Origin: Ginkgo biloba
Lineage: Eukaryota; Plantae; Ginkgophyta
Direction: 5' to 3'
Length of the DNA: 23,151 nt
NCBI GenBank assembly: GCA_024626585.2
Contig: JANKJI020000002.1
Location: forward strand, 198,413,076 to 198,436,226
A program made the position numbers and the translations under genes. Positions 13,149-22,910 of this stretch are shown in pieces. Position 1 is the stretch's first letter, and every line of letters starts with the position of its first letter. Under the pieces are notes generated by a model, which worked only from the letters and a program-made list of their open reading frames with translations, was not told the DNA's origin and searched no databases.

Positions 13149-14555
13149 CTGTCACATTCCAAGAAAAAATTGTCACTAGAATTGATAAGCTGGATGTAGT
13201 CATAAATGATACAATGTTTATCAAATATCCAAAANNNNNNNNNNNNNNNNNNNNNNNNNNNNNNNNNNNNNNNNNNNAAGGCAAATGAGCTATTGATCAA
13301 TGCATACAGGAATCCACGGTTACTTGGGGCACGTATTTGCTGAACCATTGATGGTAGGGATGCAGTTAAAGTGGCACCTAAGGCAAAGCGTGATAGCGTT
13401 GCCATTGAGAACCTCTGCTTCCACTTTATGAGCAAAGAAGTGCCACACCAGAAGGTAGAAACATAGTCCTCGTATATGCCCCGTTCAAATGGCGCTAAGC
13501 GNNNNNNNNNNNNNNNNNNNNNNNNNNNNNNNNNNNNNNNNNNNNNNNNTGATTGCTGAGCACTGGATTTGAAGATTTACAATCAGAATTGTGCATTATA
13601 TTGACCAAGCAAACCCACAAAAAGTTGCCAAACCTCTAGTATCGCTTCCTTGGAATAAAGGAAGGGCCACCAAATAACTGTAAATGTTCCAATAACCATA
13701 AGGCCAAGCTTTGTGACCTCAAAAATTGGATATTGGCGGCGTATACACTTCCCCAAAAGATGAGCAAAAAAAGCTGGAGCATAATATGCACTCATCTGCA
13801 TGGAAAGCAATAGTAAATCATCTATGATTGTTAAGGACACAACTTTTTCAAAGGAATGCCATACTTATCTATCATATGAAATAAGTAACAACAAGAACAA
13901 GACCAAAACCCATAGAAACATGGAAAGGGTGCATCCAGAACATACCTGTTTATGATTGAGTGCAAGGCAAAATAGAACACAAGCCGCCAGCTCTCTCCTT
14001 GAGACAATTGCAGCTACTGCTCCAATTGAACACTGGGGGTTAGACTTCATCTGTCCAATTAGTTCTGCCGCAAGACGTACACAAGCTCGATTCATATTGG
14101 TGGCTACAGATGTTACAACCAAATGGGTAGAGGCCAAGGCAATCCGCAATGCAGATGCCAAATCCACNNNNNNNNNNNNNNNNNNNNNNNNNNNNNNNNN
14201 NNNNNNNNNNNNNNNNNNNNNNNNNNNNNNNNNNNNNNNNNNNNNNNNNNNNNNNNNNNNNNNNNNNNNNNGTGCTTTTTGCTCTCTTTTTGTATCCATG
14301 CAAGAACATCTCATTAGAATAAGATCATATTTCAAGTTAACTCAATATCAGTGAGAGAGAATGGTCACACACTGCCTCACCTGAAAATGGCCATGATCTA
14401 TCAACATTAAACACGGCTGAAGAAGAACCATTGCAAGTGCCCAGGCAAGCTCTTCATCCATCTTCCCGTGATAATAAACAGCAATGAAGTAAATAGCTGC
14501 TGGAAAGAATATGAGAGCATCTGATGATAATACTGTCCATCGCATCAGGAGTTTG
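12990..14555 (-). CDS. ALG6: Dolichyl pyrophosphate Man9GlcNAc2 alpha-1,3-glucosyltransferase (ALG6), partial spliced gene, five visible exons
   Basis: Collinear family motifs KLLMRWTVLSSD, LIDHGHFQ, LALNHKQ, MSAYYAPAFF.HLLGKC, RLAPFERGIYED, VHEKS and SMYPLL.RD, with GT-AG junctions in consistent phase. The 5' exon(s) and stop are not visible. Confidence 0.93.
13278..13501 (-). CDS. ALG6: ALG6 exon, visible part (RLAPFERGIYED...NSSFAF)
   Basis: Open frame with family motifs. Both ends fall inside small N gaps. Confidence 0.92.
13634..13795 (-). CDS. ALG6: ALG6 exon (MSAYYAPAFF...KEAILE)
   Basis: Acceptor atgcag|ATGAGT and donor CTAGAG|gtttgg; 162 bp, phase 0/0. Confidence 0.93.
13946..14030 (-). 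CDS. ALG6: ALG6 exon, 3' part only (SIGAVAAIV...LNHKQ)
   Basis: Donor AAACAG|gtatgt. The expected YNCISLGL start is replaced by integrase sequence. Confidence 0.85.
14022..14167 (+). mobile_element. Ty3/Gypsy (Tat/Athila-type) integrase core fragment fused to an ALG6 exon
   Basis: PIEHWGLDFICPI...ARFILVATDVTTKWVEAKAIR matches the PFxxWGxDFxGP...YIxVAxDYxTKWVEA rve motif. No stops. Confidence 0.9.
14381..14555 (-). CDS. ALG6: ALG6 internal exon (KLLMRWTV...DHGHFQ)
   Basis: Acceptor tgtgcag|CAAACTC and donor TTTCAG|gtgagg; 175 bp. Confidence 0.92.
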
Positions 14556-14588
14556 CTGCACATCTCACATTGCAACAACAACAAATCA

Positions 14589-14591
<3 letters not shown>

Positions 14592-14619
<28 letters not shown>
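14592..14619. repeat. (CT)14 microsatellite
   Basis: Direct read of 14 perfect CT units. Confidence 0.97.
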
Positions 14620-14622
<3 letters not shown>

Positions 14623-14624
14623 AC

Positions 14625-15484
14625 ACACAACTTTAGGACAATAACGGTCAGCTCCATTGTAGACAAGTTATTAATTCCATCGGATTATTGTACAATAATG
14701 ATAAGCCATCTAATGGCCAAACTCCATGGTTCAATCCTAGAAATGAAAATTAGTGCATTGGTGGAGATCAATAAGAAGATATCCAAAGGACAAGCAGGAT
14801 TCAGACAAGCACGCTCAAAGATTGGTCAACTAATTGCCTTCAGTTTAATGCATGAATAATGCAGAGATACTAAGATGATCTATTATGTCGTTTTATAATT
14901 TGATATGGTCCTGAGAAAATTGTTATGGGAAAGAATGGAACGACTAGACATACCTGAAAAGTTAAGGGTTGTAATTCATAAGCTACATGGAAAAGTAGTA
15001 GTCAAAATGTTAACTGCAGACCATCCTGAAGACAAAGAGTAACAATGGTGCCAAACATGGATGCCCTTTATCCCCTACATTAATCAACCTGTATTGACAA
15101 AATCGAGCGAATTTCAGACGAGAAAGGATGCACAGGAATTCAACTCGAGAACTCAGTTATTAGTCTCTGACCATATGCAGACGACATGGTCATGCTATGT
15201 TGAAGCATTACAAACATCACAGAACTAAAAGTCTTACGAATATTTTGCTTCAATCTGGGCTCACAGTGAATGCGGACAAAACAAAAGTTCTGATAATCAA
15301 ATGCAAGAGATCAACATATCCAACAATCCTCATAAATGAGCAAATCATGGAAGAATTCAAAACCTATTAGTATCTTGGGATTCATTGCCCAATAAATCTT
15401 AATTGGAACCTCTGTCTGGAAAGGAGATTGAGTACAGGATGGAAGGCATTCTTTGCAATTGAAAATAAATGAAAAAATGCAGAA
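14625..15484 (+). mobile_element. Degenerate LINE reverse transcriptase fragment (possibly RTE-like), antisense to ALG6 in its upstream intron
   Basis: Motifs NFRTI, GQAGFRQ (QAGFR at 14791-14805), FDMV..LWERM, GCPLSP (about 15059-15076), YADD (15174-15185), GLTVN.DKTKV and YLG (15371-15379), with stops and frameshifts. Confidence 0.9.
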
Positions 15485-15584
15485 NNNNNNNNNNNNNNNN
15501 NNNNNNNNNNNNNNNNNNNNNNNNNNNNNNNNNNNNNNNNNNNNNNNNNNNNNNNNNNNNNNNNNNNNNNNNNNNNNNNNNNNN

Positions 15585-16075
15585 TCTTTAATTTTTCCTT
15601 CATATTTTTGTACTTGCTATCATATTGCATAATAAGATATCCAAGATGAATTCTCATTTATTTAATATTTCAATCATGAATCTTTTTCATTCTTTCTTGT
15701 ACGATTTCTTGATAACACAAAGCTATTAATTTTTTCTCTTTCAATTATTCATAAGTCTTTCCTTTAAAGCCTTACCATCATCCTATTTTTTCTTAATTAT
15801 TATTCTTAATCTAGGCACTTAAAATTTCATTAGAAATATAGATTCTTATCTATAAACTAGTTTGAAATGTGTCTAACTGGTTGCCTACTTGTAAGCGGTT
15901 TTAAATACCCATAATACAACATGTAATTTGTTTGCCCAATATTTCTTCCTATATTAGATCTCTTTGTAAGAAGATTACATAGAATCTTATTTAAAGATTA
16001 TGCCAATCCATTATACCTTTGATAGTAAGGAGTTTTCTTATATTGAATCATAAATTTAAAAGTTAGAATCTCTCT
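15585..16075 (-). mobile_element. Highly degenerate Gypsy (Tat/Athila-type) integrase C-terminal half
   Basis: Minus strand reads KTPYYQRYNGLA*SLNKIL, WANKLHVVLWVFKTAYK*ATS*THFKLVY and LGYLIMQYDSKY...KEKLK. These correspond to TPYYPQxNGxAE, LWAxRTAYK..TPFxLVYG and GDxVxxYDS. Confidence 0.85.
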
Positions 16076-16089
16076 TACCTTATTCAAAA

Positions 16090-16419
16090 CAGGGAAAATA
16101 TTAAGGATTGCCTTATTTTTTATAAGTATAATTAATTGGCGAGTAATTTTAACATATAAAGTAAGTAATATATACATTATAGGCCAATGTTTTAGGAAAA
16201 TAAATATTTTGCTAGTAATTTATGCTAAATTTAGCGAATAAGCTAAGATTTTTCATTAAAATTGAAAAACCTTAGCGTATAGTTTAGAGGAATTTGGCCT
16301 ATTAGCGAATACAATTTTCGAATATTTTAAGAAAATTGGCTTATTGGTAAATCTAATTTTTAAAATTTTTAGAGAAAAAATAGCCAATTGGCTATATATA
16401 GCCATTAAGATTTTCCCTG
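16090..16419. mobile_element. hAT-like MITE, 330 bp
   Basis: Terminal inverted repeats CAGGGAAAATATTAAGG and CCATTAAGATTTTCCCTG, outer 10 bp perfect. Repeated internal TTAGCGAATA/TTGGC motifs. No clean 8-bp target-site duplication. Confidence 0.7.
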
Positions 16420-17077
16420 ATCTCAACAACCCCTTGCGTTGTTTACAAGATTTTTGAAATGATCTTTGTGCCGATTCACCTCACGCGAATCCTCAAATTT
16501 GCCCTCTGCCCTTCGCAATGAGCCTCTTTAGGGACGTGCAATCATGACGTGAAGGAGTAGTGTGTAGTTCACCGTGTTCACTTCGGTTCTTTCCCACCAA
16601 CGACGATCCCTGCGCCTTTCCTCCACCAATGATGTCACAACTCCTTCACACTAGGAACTCCACAGTTTAGTTTTGTGCCCTTTCCTTCACAGTTTGCAAA
16701 CAAGGACGTACAAATAGGGACACCTAATGTTTGCTAACAAGAACCCATAGAAAAAATGCCCAGCAAGCACCTACAATAACCACTCTCAACAAAAACAATT
16801 TTCTCTACATAGTGACAGTACAAAACCGCCCTGCAAAACAAAATGTTTTCTTTCACGTTTTAGTTCTTTAGAAAACAAATTTCCACAAGCTCTCACAATC
16901 CGCTCCTCTCCTCCAAATACATGCACTTCAATTTCTCCACCCGAACATGCTTTGATACCAAATGTTAGAATCAAGCTCACAGAAAACAAAGAAATCACAT
17001 AACACAGTAATCACACTACAAGAATATTCAACACATGAATATTGGGTATTGTATACCCTCTAAACTCTCCAATGTAT
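16420..17077 (-). mobile_element. 5' end of an LTR retrotransposon (LTR end, PBS, leader)
   Basis: Minus strand reads ...TCTAACA (LTR end at 16963), TT, TGGTATCAAAGC. The LTR runs into the N gap at 17078. Confidence 0.7.
16949..16960 (-). promoter_or_regulatory. Primer-binding site (tRNA-iMet type)
   Basis: Reverse complement is TGGTATCAAAGC, 2 nt after a CA LTR terminus. Confidence 0.82.
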
Positions 17078-18239
17078 NNNNNNNNNNNNNNNNNNNNNNN
17101 NNNNNNNNNNNNNNNNNNNNNNNNNNNNNNNNNNNNNNNNNNNNNNNNNNNNNNNNNNNNNNNNNNNNNNNNNNNNNNNNNNNNNNNNNNNNNNNNNNNN
17201 NNNNNNNNNNNNNNNNNNNNNNNNNNNNNNNNNNNNNNNNNNNNNNNNNNNNNNNNNNNNNNNNNNNNNNNNNNNNNNNNNNNNNNNNNNNNNNNNNNNN
17301 NNNNNNNNNNNNNNNNNNNNNNNNNNNNNNNNNNNNNNNNNNNNNNNNNNNNNNNNNNNNNNNNNNNNNNNNNNNNNNNNNNNNNNNNNNNNNNNNNNNN
17401 NNNNNNNNNNNNNNNNNNNNNNNNNNNNNNNNNNNNNNNNNNNCTATCTTGAGTATAGCTTAAAATTTAGAAAGAAAAATAAGTTGGCCCTCCATAGGGG
17501 AGAAACTCTAAGACAGACAATTACCCATATATCGAAATTGCATTCCAAGAACTACGCACCATGTATACAAGCTACAAAAATTATTAGGAACTATATCTAC
17601 TACATGTGAGTGTTTAGATATTGCCAAATATGCTCTAAGAAGAAGTTGGTTGAGGTTGAGACATGGCTCTTGCTTCATATGCTTGAAGGTGTGCAACAAA
17701 CCCTTTATAGGGTACAAAGTATAGTATCATGGCATGCTTTCTTAATAGATAATGAAAAGAGACAATAATGAGATCCTTTTAAGATTGATGATCAAATGAG
17801 GCTTTGAAATGTCTATTTACGTTCTCCCATATGTATTTTGTGTTCCTTATAACATGTGCATTTTATGTTACTTGGAATTGTCTTAGAGATCCCATGTATT
17901 AATCAAGTGAATAGTAGTCGATTAGATGTTACTTAAGCGGGGCAATTGTGTTAACCGTCTAATTGATATTTAATGTAAATGACTTGTCCTTGACTTGTAC
18001 GGTGTGCGAGCCAATTGGGAATTTAAACTATATGAGATGTAGTTCAAATCCTCTATGGAATAATAATGATGGATTTGTTTTCCCCCTATCATGTGATCTC
18101 ATGTGCAATTATTGATAATGTAGGATGAATGAATGATTAAGTATGCGATCTGCATGACACTGTGAAATAGTATCATAGACAAGATGTAGCTTAAGTAGGT
18201 TGTGATTGTCATGAGATAGAAAACAACCAACATTGGTAC

Positions 18240-19150
18240 TGGAAACCGTTCATTCAACTATACGTTGCTTCTCCTGAAGAGCCTCCCAATCGTCATGCTA
18301 CTCTGCGAAAGTGAAACAAAACAAATGAACCCAAAAATATGCAACACCCTTTTGTTGTTGCCAAAAGGTTTCACAATTCGGAACATGTTGTGTTGCATCA
18401 GAATGCAAAATAAATTCTTCCTTCAACTAAGTAGACCAATCGTTGTGAGTAGATTTTTCCATTGCAACAAATTTAGGCGTGTTTGAAACATAAAGAGTAC
18501 CAAATTGGAAGATAAACTCCTAGCAAATTCCAAAAAATTATTTTCTCGATGGAGGTAGGAGAGTTGCCTCTCCTCCTCCATGACGGTAATTTCATCCCAT
18601 CCTTCACCCTGCTTGGGTGCGGATCTCACATTGGAAGCGGCTTCGATCTGGCGAAAGGCAAGGGGGGATTTTTTCTCATTCTCGGGTTTGGAGGGAGTTG
18701 CGTATGGCAGGTCACTTGGTTTCTTTTGATGTTTTCTTGTCTTTCTCAGCATGTTACCTCGTCAATTGGGTGCACAGGTGAGCTTTGGTTCCAGTTTGGT
18801 TTGGTCTATGGTGGCAACGCTCAGGAGGTGGCTTGTTTGAGGGTCCTCCTGCTGTGGCAAGTCCTCCCGGTGTTTCGATCTCTGTTTGGCGGCTTGTTGC
18901 AGGCGGCTTCAAGATTGCAGTTTGCTTGCGACGTATGGTGCAAGTGGATTCCTCAACTGGTGTTTCCTTGGAACGATTGGTGTTAATCTCCGACAGCGGC
19001 CATGGCTGTCAATTTTGTGGACAGGCTTCTCTCCAGCCTTGGTAGATAGGTTTGTAGAGGTCCCTATGTTTTGTCTTGGTGTCCTTACATTTTTTGTGCC
19101 CTACGTTATGGCTTTGCCTTAGGGTTTTGTAGTTAGGGTTTGGTTATGGT
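18240..19150 (-). mobile_element. Possible 5' end / ORF1 remnant of an L1-type LINE
   Basis: Two AAACCCTAA telo-boxes (19119-19127, 19133-19141), then a low-complexity K/P/E-rich frame, then broken frames NLVLFMF..PKFVAMEK..NDWS..FCFTFAE..WEAL reminiscent of DUF4283. Confidence 0.4.
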
Positions 19151-20299
19151 GCCTTGCGTGGTATCTGTTTGTTTTCTTTCTTTCTTCTATTTAAGTGTTC
19201 CAATGCCCTGTGTGGTGACTGAGTTAGCTTCTACCCTAAGAGGATTACCTCGACTCTAGGGTGTTGTTATTGGTAAGGTTCTGAGTTATGATAATGCCCT
19301 AGTTTCCAAGAGTGGGCATGCTTTGTAGNNNNNNNNNNNNNNNNNNNNNNNNNNNNNNNNNNNNNNNNNNNNNNNNNNNNNNNNNNNNNNNNNNNNNNNN
19401 NNNNNNNNNNNNNNNNNNNNNNNNNNNNATCCCACATCTCTGTCCACATTGAAAGTTGATCCATATGTGCAAGATGCCAACAAAAAACAACTCCTTTCAT
19501 AGTAGATAGAAAAGCACAACGCCAATTATCTCGCTTGTAAGTTTGACGTTGGACCTGCTACTCCACAAAATTTTCAATATGCATTTAAGTCATTCCACTA
19601 GACTGATCAGCATACAACTTGGCATCTTGCATCAATTGGAGCTTAAGGTGNNNNNNNNNNNNNNNNNNNNNNNNNNGTGTTGAAGATACTTCCAAATCTT
19701 TACCTATATGTGGAGAAAGAACTGATTGAGAACAATTATATTGACTTGGATTTGATTTTGAATAAATCATAGATTCGGAGATACAGATCGCAGTTTCACA
19801 ACTATCGCAGGTTCAAAAGTGCAAGTCGCAATCTCACAACAGCAGGATGCAGCTTTATCAACAGTTAAAATAAGCTCCTTGTCACTTGTTCCCAAGAAGG
19901 AATCAACTTTCTTTATTTCTCCTTCAAATTCAATGTCCTCATCCTAATCCATAGTCATAAAAAAGTAGGAATGCTCCATGATCTCATCCTTCTCTTCCAT
20001 CCAATGTAATACATCAAGAATCCATACATCAAAACCTATTTCCAATTCACCATAAACATTAGGTTCTCCAAGAATATTCCCAATAATATTGTCAGATTGT
20101 TTCACACATTGATATGCAATGTCAGAACAAAAACTTTGTTCTTCAGGAACTGAAGATATAGTACGACATCATCTTCAATTCCTTCCATTGATGACCATGT
20201 GTTACCATTGGTCATTTTTAATGAGAGCTCTTTGTTTTAGTTGCAAAGATGTATTGTCACCAATCTTGAATGGCCTTAGTGGCCATTAACCACAGACAA

Positions 20300-22023
20300 T
20301 CTGACAACAAGATAAGTTTTTTGATGCGGTCGAGGCAGAGGTGATGATTTACTTATGTTGCTCGTCGGCAACAAGCAAACCTTGTGTCACCCCTCGATGA
20401 CACACTTTTATCGTTTTCTTATAACATTCCTTGGTCGCTCATCGACAGTGACTATGTCACCGCAACTTAGTTGTTCGTCGATGACACAACCGCCTCCAGG
20501 ATCTCAACAAACAGACCCCGCCGATGTCGTCAGCGATCCACTCGCTTGGTGCTCATGGTCTATCTTTCTGCCATTGGGCGTTAATAGCACCTCCCCCGAC
20601 GTGAACGTCAAAATGAACCAAGACCCGATTTCTTGTTGATTTCACAAAACATTTAAGGTTCCAAACCCCCGTGGGTGACCATCAACAACCAAAACAGTAA
20701 CATGAAGCACGTGATCAACTGTCAGCCACTAACTGAATATATTAAAATGTTAACTTGAGATTACAATGGGACTCATCGACCACTGCACACTATCACCCAC
20801 ATACAGACGTAGAAAATAATACATCCTCGCTACCAAAGGGAAATACAAGCTTCCAAAATTAGCCAGACATCCATACAAAGGTGTTGTCTATGCCTTCCGT
20901 CAATGCTTTGTTTGCTCGACTGTCTTCTCTCAACGGCTCAGCCAAAAGGATCTAACTTGCCTATGCTTCACTCGGCTAACTCCTTGTTTAGTGATGAAGT
21001 TGTCCCATGAGCTTCCACAACCTCAAAACTCGTCCGCCAAATCTCCTTCCAATCCCTTGACAAGGTTATAACACAATAATACAAGGACAACTTCCCCTGT
21101 CAACAGAATCCTCAACGCCTAGCCTTGACTACCTCACAATCAGTGGTTTGTACGTCTTCTTGGACTTTCCTTTCTAAAGGCCATTGGTGGAATTGCCTCC
21201 TAATTGGCGTTCGGTTCCTCTTGGGCTTAGCTCCACATCTAGAATTTTGTAGGTGCTCTTTCCTCCTTGTGCATCAAGCTTGTCAACTCAAGTTGCCTCC
21301 CAATTGGCATTTGCCTGGCCTTGTGCTTTGCACTTGGCTTCTCTACCACAAGTTGCCCCTATTTCGCCATTCTGCTCCTCCTCCGGCCGAATCTCCTCAG
21401 CTTCAACTCAACCCTTCCAACCAACTGAATACTTTCTAACAACTAACCCCTCCAAGAACTGAACCCCTCGTTCTCCCTTCTCTGAGCTTATATGCTTCAT
21501 TCAAATTGCTTGGAAGCCATCACTTACCTCCAATGACTTGGTTGGTGAGATTCATTACAGTTGCAATGACTCTCGCCATTAAGATGCCTTCCACTGCCAT
21601 CCCCTGCTAGGGCGTAGCTTCCTCATGCTCTAGAGTAGACTGGCGGTTGTGCCATTAAGGCCTTCTGAATATCCTCCTCCAACCCCAGATTCCTCCTACT
21701 CCTAGATTCTATCATTACTAGAGGTGCAGCTACCTATCGTCGTTAATGTCCAAGTGTCATCTTCCTTCTTCACAGCTCTGTTTTTGCCCATTGGCTTCTA
21801 TTTCTACATTACTCGGTCTTTCAAAATGACTCGTCAATGGCGTGACATGCCTATCAATTTACCCTTCGCCGCTCATTTTCCAGACATGGGCTCTGCCACC
21901 CTTCGTCACTTGTCTGCCAGACATGGGTCTGCCACCCTTTGTCACCTGACATTGTCACCGACATGGTTTTACCGCCTTCTTTGTCGGATACCTACGTCGG
22001 TGACACTGTACACCTTGGTGGCG
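20300..22023 (-). mobile_element. Probable 3' region of an LTR retrotransposon (degenerate coding-like sequence, PPT, LTR start)
   Basis: Minus-strand GGGGGAGG at 20597-20590 followed by TGCTATTAACGCC resembles a PPT/LTR junction. The upstream sequence is repetitive, with broken purine-rich frames. Confidence 0.4.
21241..22023. repeat. Direct repeat copy 1 (~785 bp)
   Basis: Aligns collinearly with 22128-22910 at offset 885-887 (anchors GTGCTCTTTCCTCC at 21253/22138 and CACCTTGGTG at 22011/22898), with many substitutions. Confidence 0.93.
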
Positions 22024-22127
22024 NNNNNNNNNNNNNNNNNNNNNNNNNNNNNNNNNNNNNNNNNNNNNNNNNNNNNNNNNNNNNNNNNNNNNNNNNNNNN
22101 NNNNNNNNNNNNNNNNNNNNNNNTGTG

Positions 22128-22910
22128 GAATTCTACAGTGCTCTTTCCTCCTTATGCATCAAGCTTGTCAACTCAGGCCGCCTCCCAATCGGTGTTTGCC
22201 TGGCCTTGCGCTTTCCACTTGGCTTCTCTGCCACAAGCTGCCCCTGCTTCAACGTTCTGCCCCTTCTCCTCGATCGAATATCCTCAGCTTTGACTCAATC
22301 CTTCCAACCAATTGAATACTCTCCAACAACCAACCACTCCAAGAACTGAACCCCTCTTTCTCCCTTCTCTGAGCTTAAATGCTTCATTCAAATTGCCTAG
22401 AAGCCATTGCTTCCCTTCAATAGCTCAGTTGGTGAGATTCATTACACCTGCAATGGCTCTCGCCATTAAGATGCCTTCGACGACCATCCCCTGGTATGGT
22501 GTAGCTTCCTCATGCTCCAGAGTAGCCTAGTGGTTGTGCCATTAAGGCATCTTGAATATCCTCCTCGAGCCCCAGATTCCTCCTGCTCGTGGATTTTGTC
22601 ATTATCAGAGGTGCAGCTACCTACCGCCATTAATGCCCAAGTGTCATCTTCCTTCTTCACAACTCTGTCTTCATCCATTGGCTTCTATTGCTACATTGCT
22701 CGATCTTACAAAATGACTCGTCAATGGCGTGACATGCCTGTTAATTTGTCCTTTGTCGCTCGTCTGCCAGACATTAGCTTTGCCACCCTTCGTCACTCGT
22801 CTGCCAGACATGGCTCTGCCACCCTTCATCGCTTGACATTGTCACCAACACAGTGTCACCGCCTTCTTTGTTGGATACCTACATCGGTGACACTGTACAC
22901 CTTGGTGGTG
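22128..22910. repeat. Direct repeat copy 2 (~785 bp)
   Basis: Diverged copy of 21241-22023, separated from it by a 100-N gap. Confidence 0.93.

Noticed and set aside
18549-18986. 145-aa plus-strand ORF
   Set aside because: No recognisable domain; likely the antisense shadow of minus-strand coding-like sequence.
19429-20200. Minus-strand acidic reading stretches and a possible Copia protease or zinc-knuckle remnant
   Set aside because: The DSG and CCHC motifs are not actually present, so it cannot be assigned.
21880-22832. CRISPR-like ~37-bp repeats
   Set aside because: The units are adjacent with no spacers, the context is eukaryotic, and no cas genes are present.
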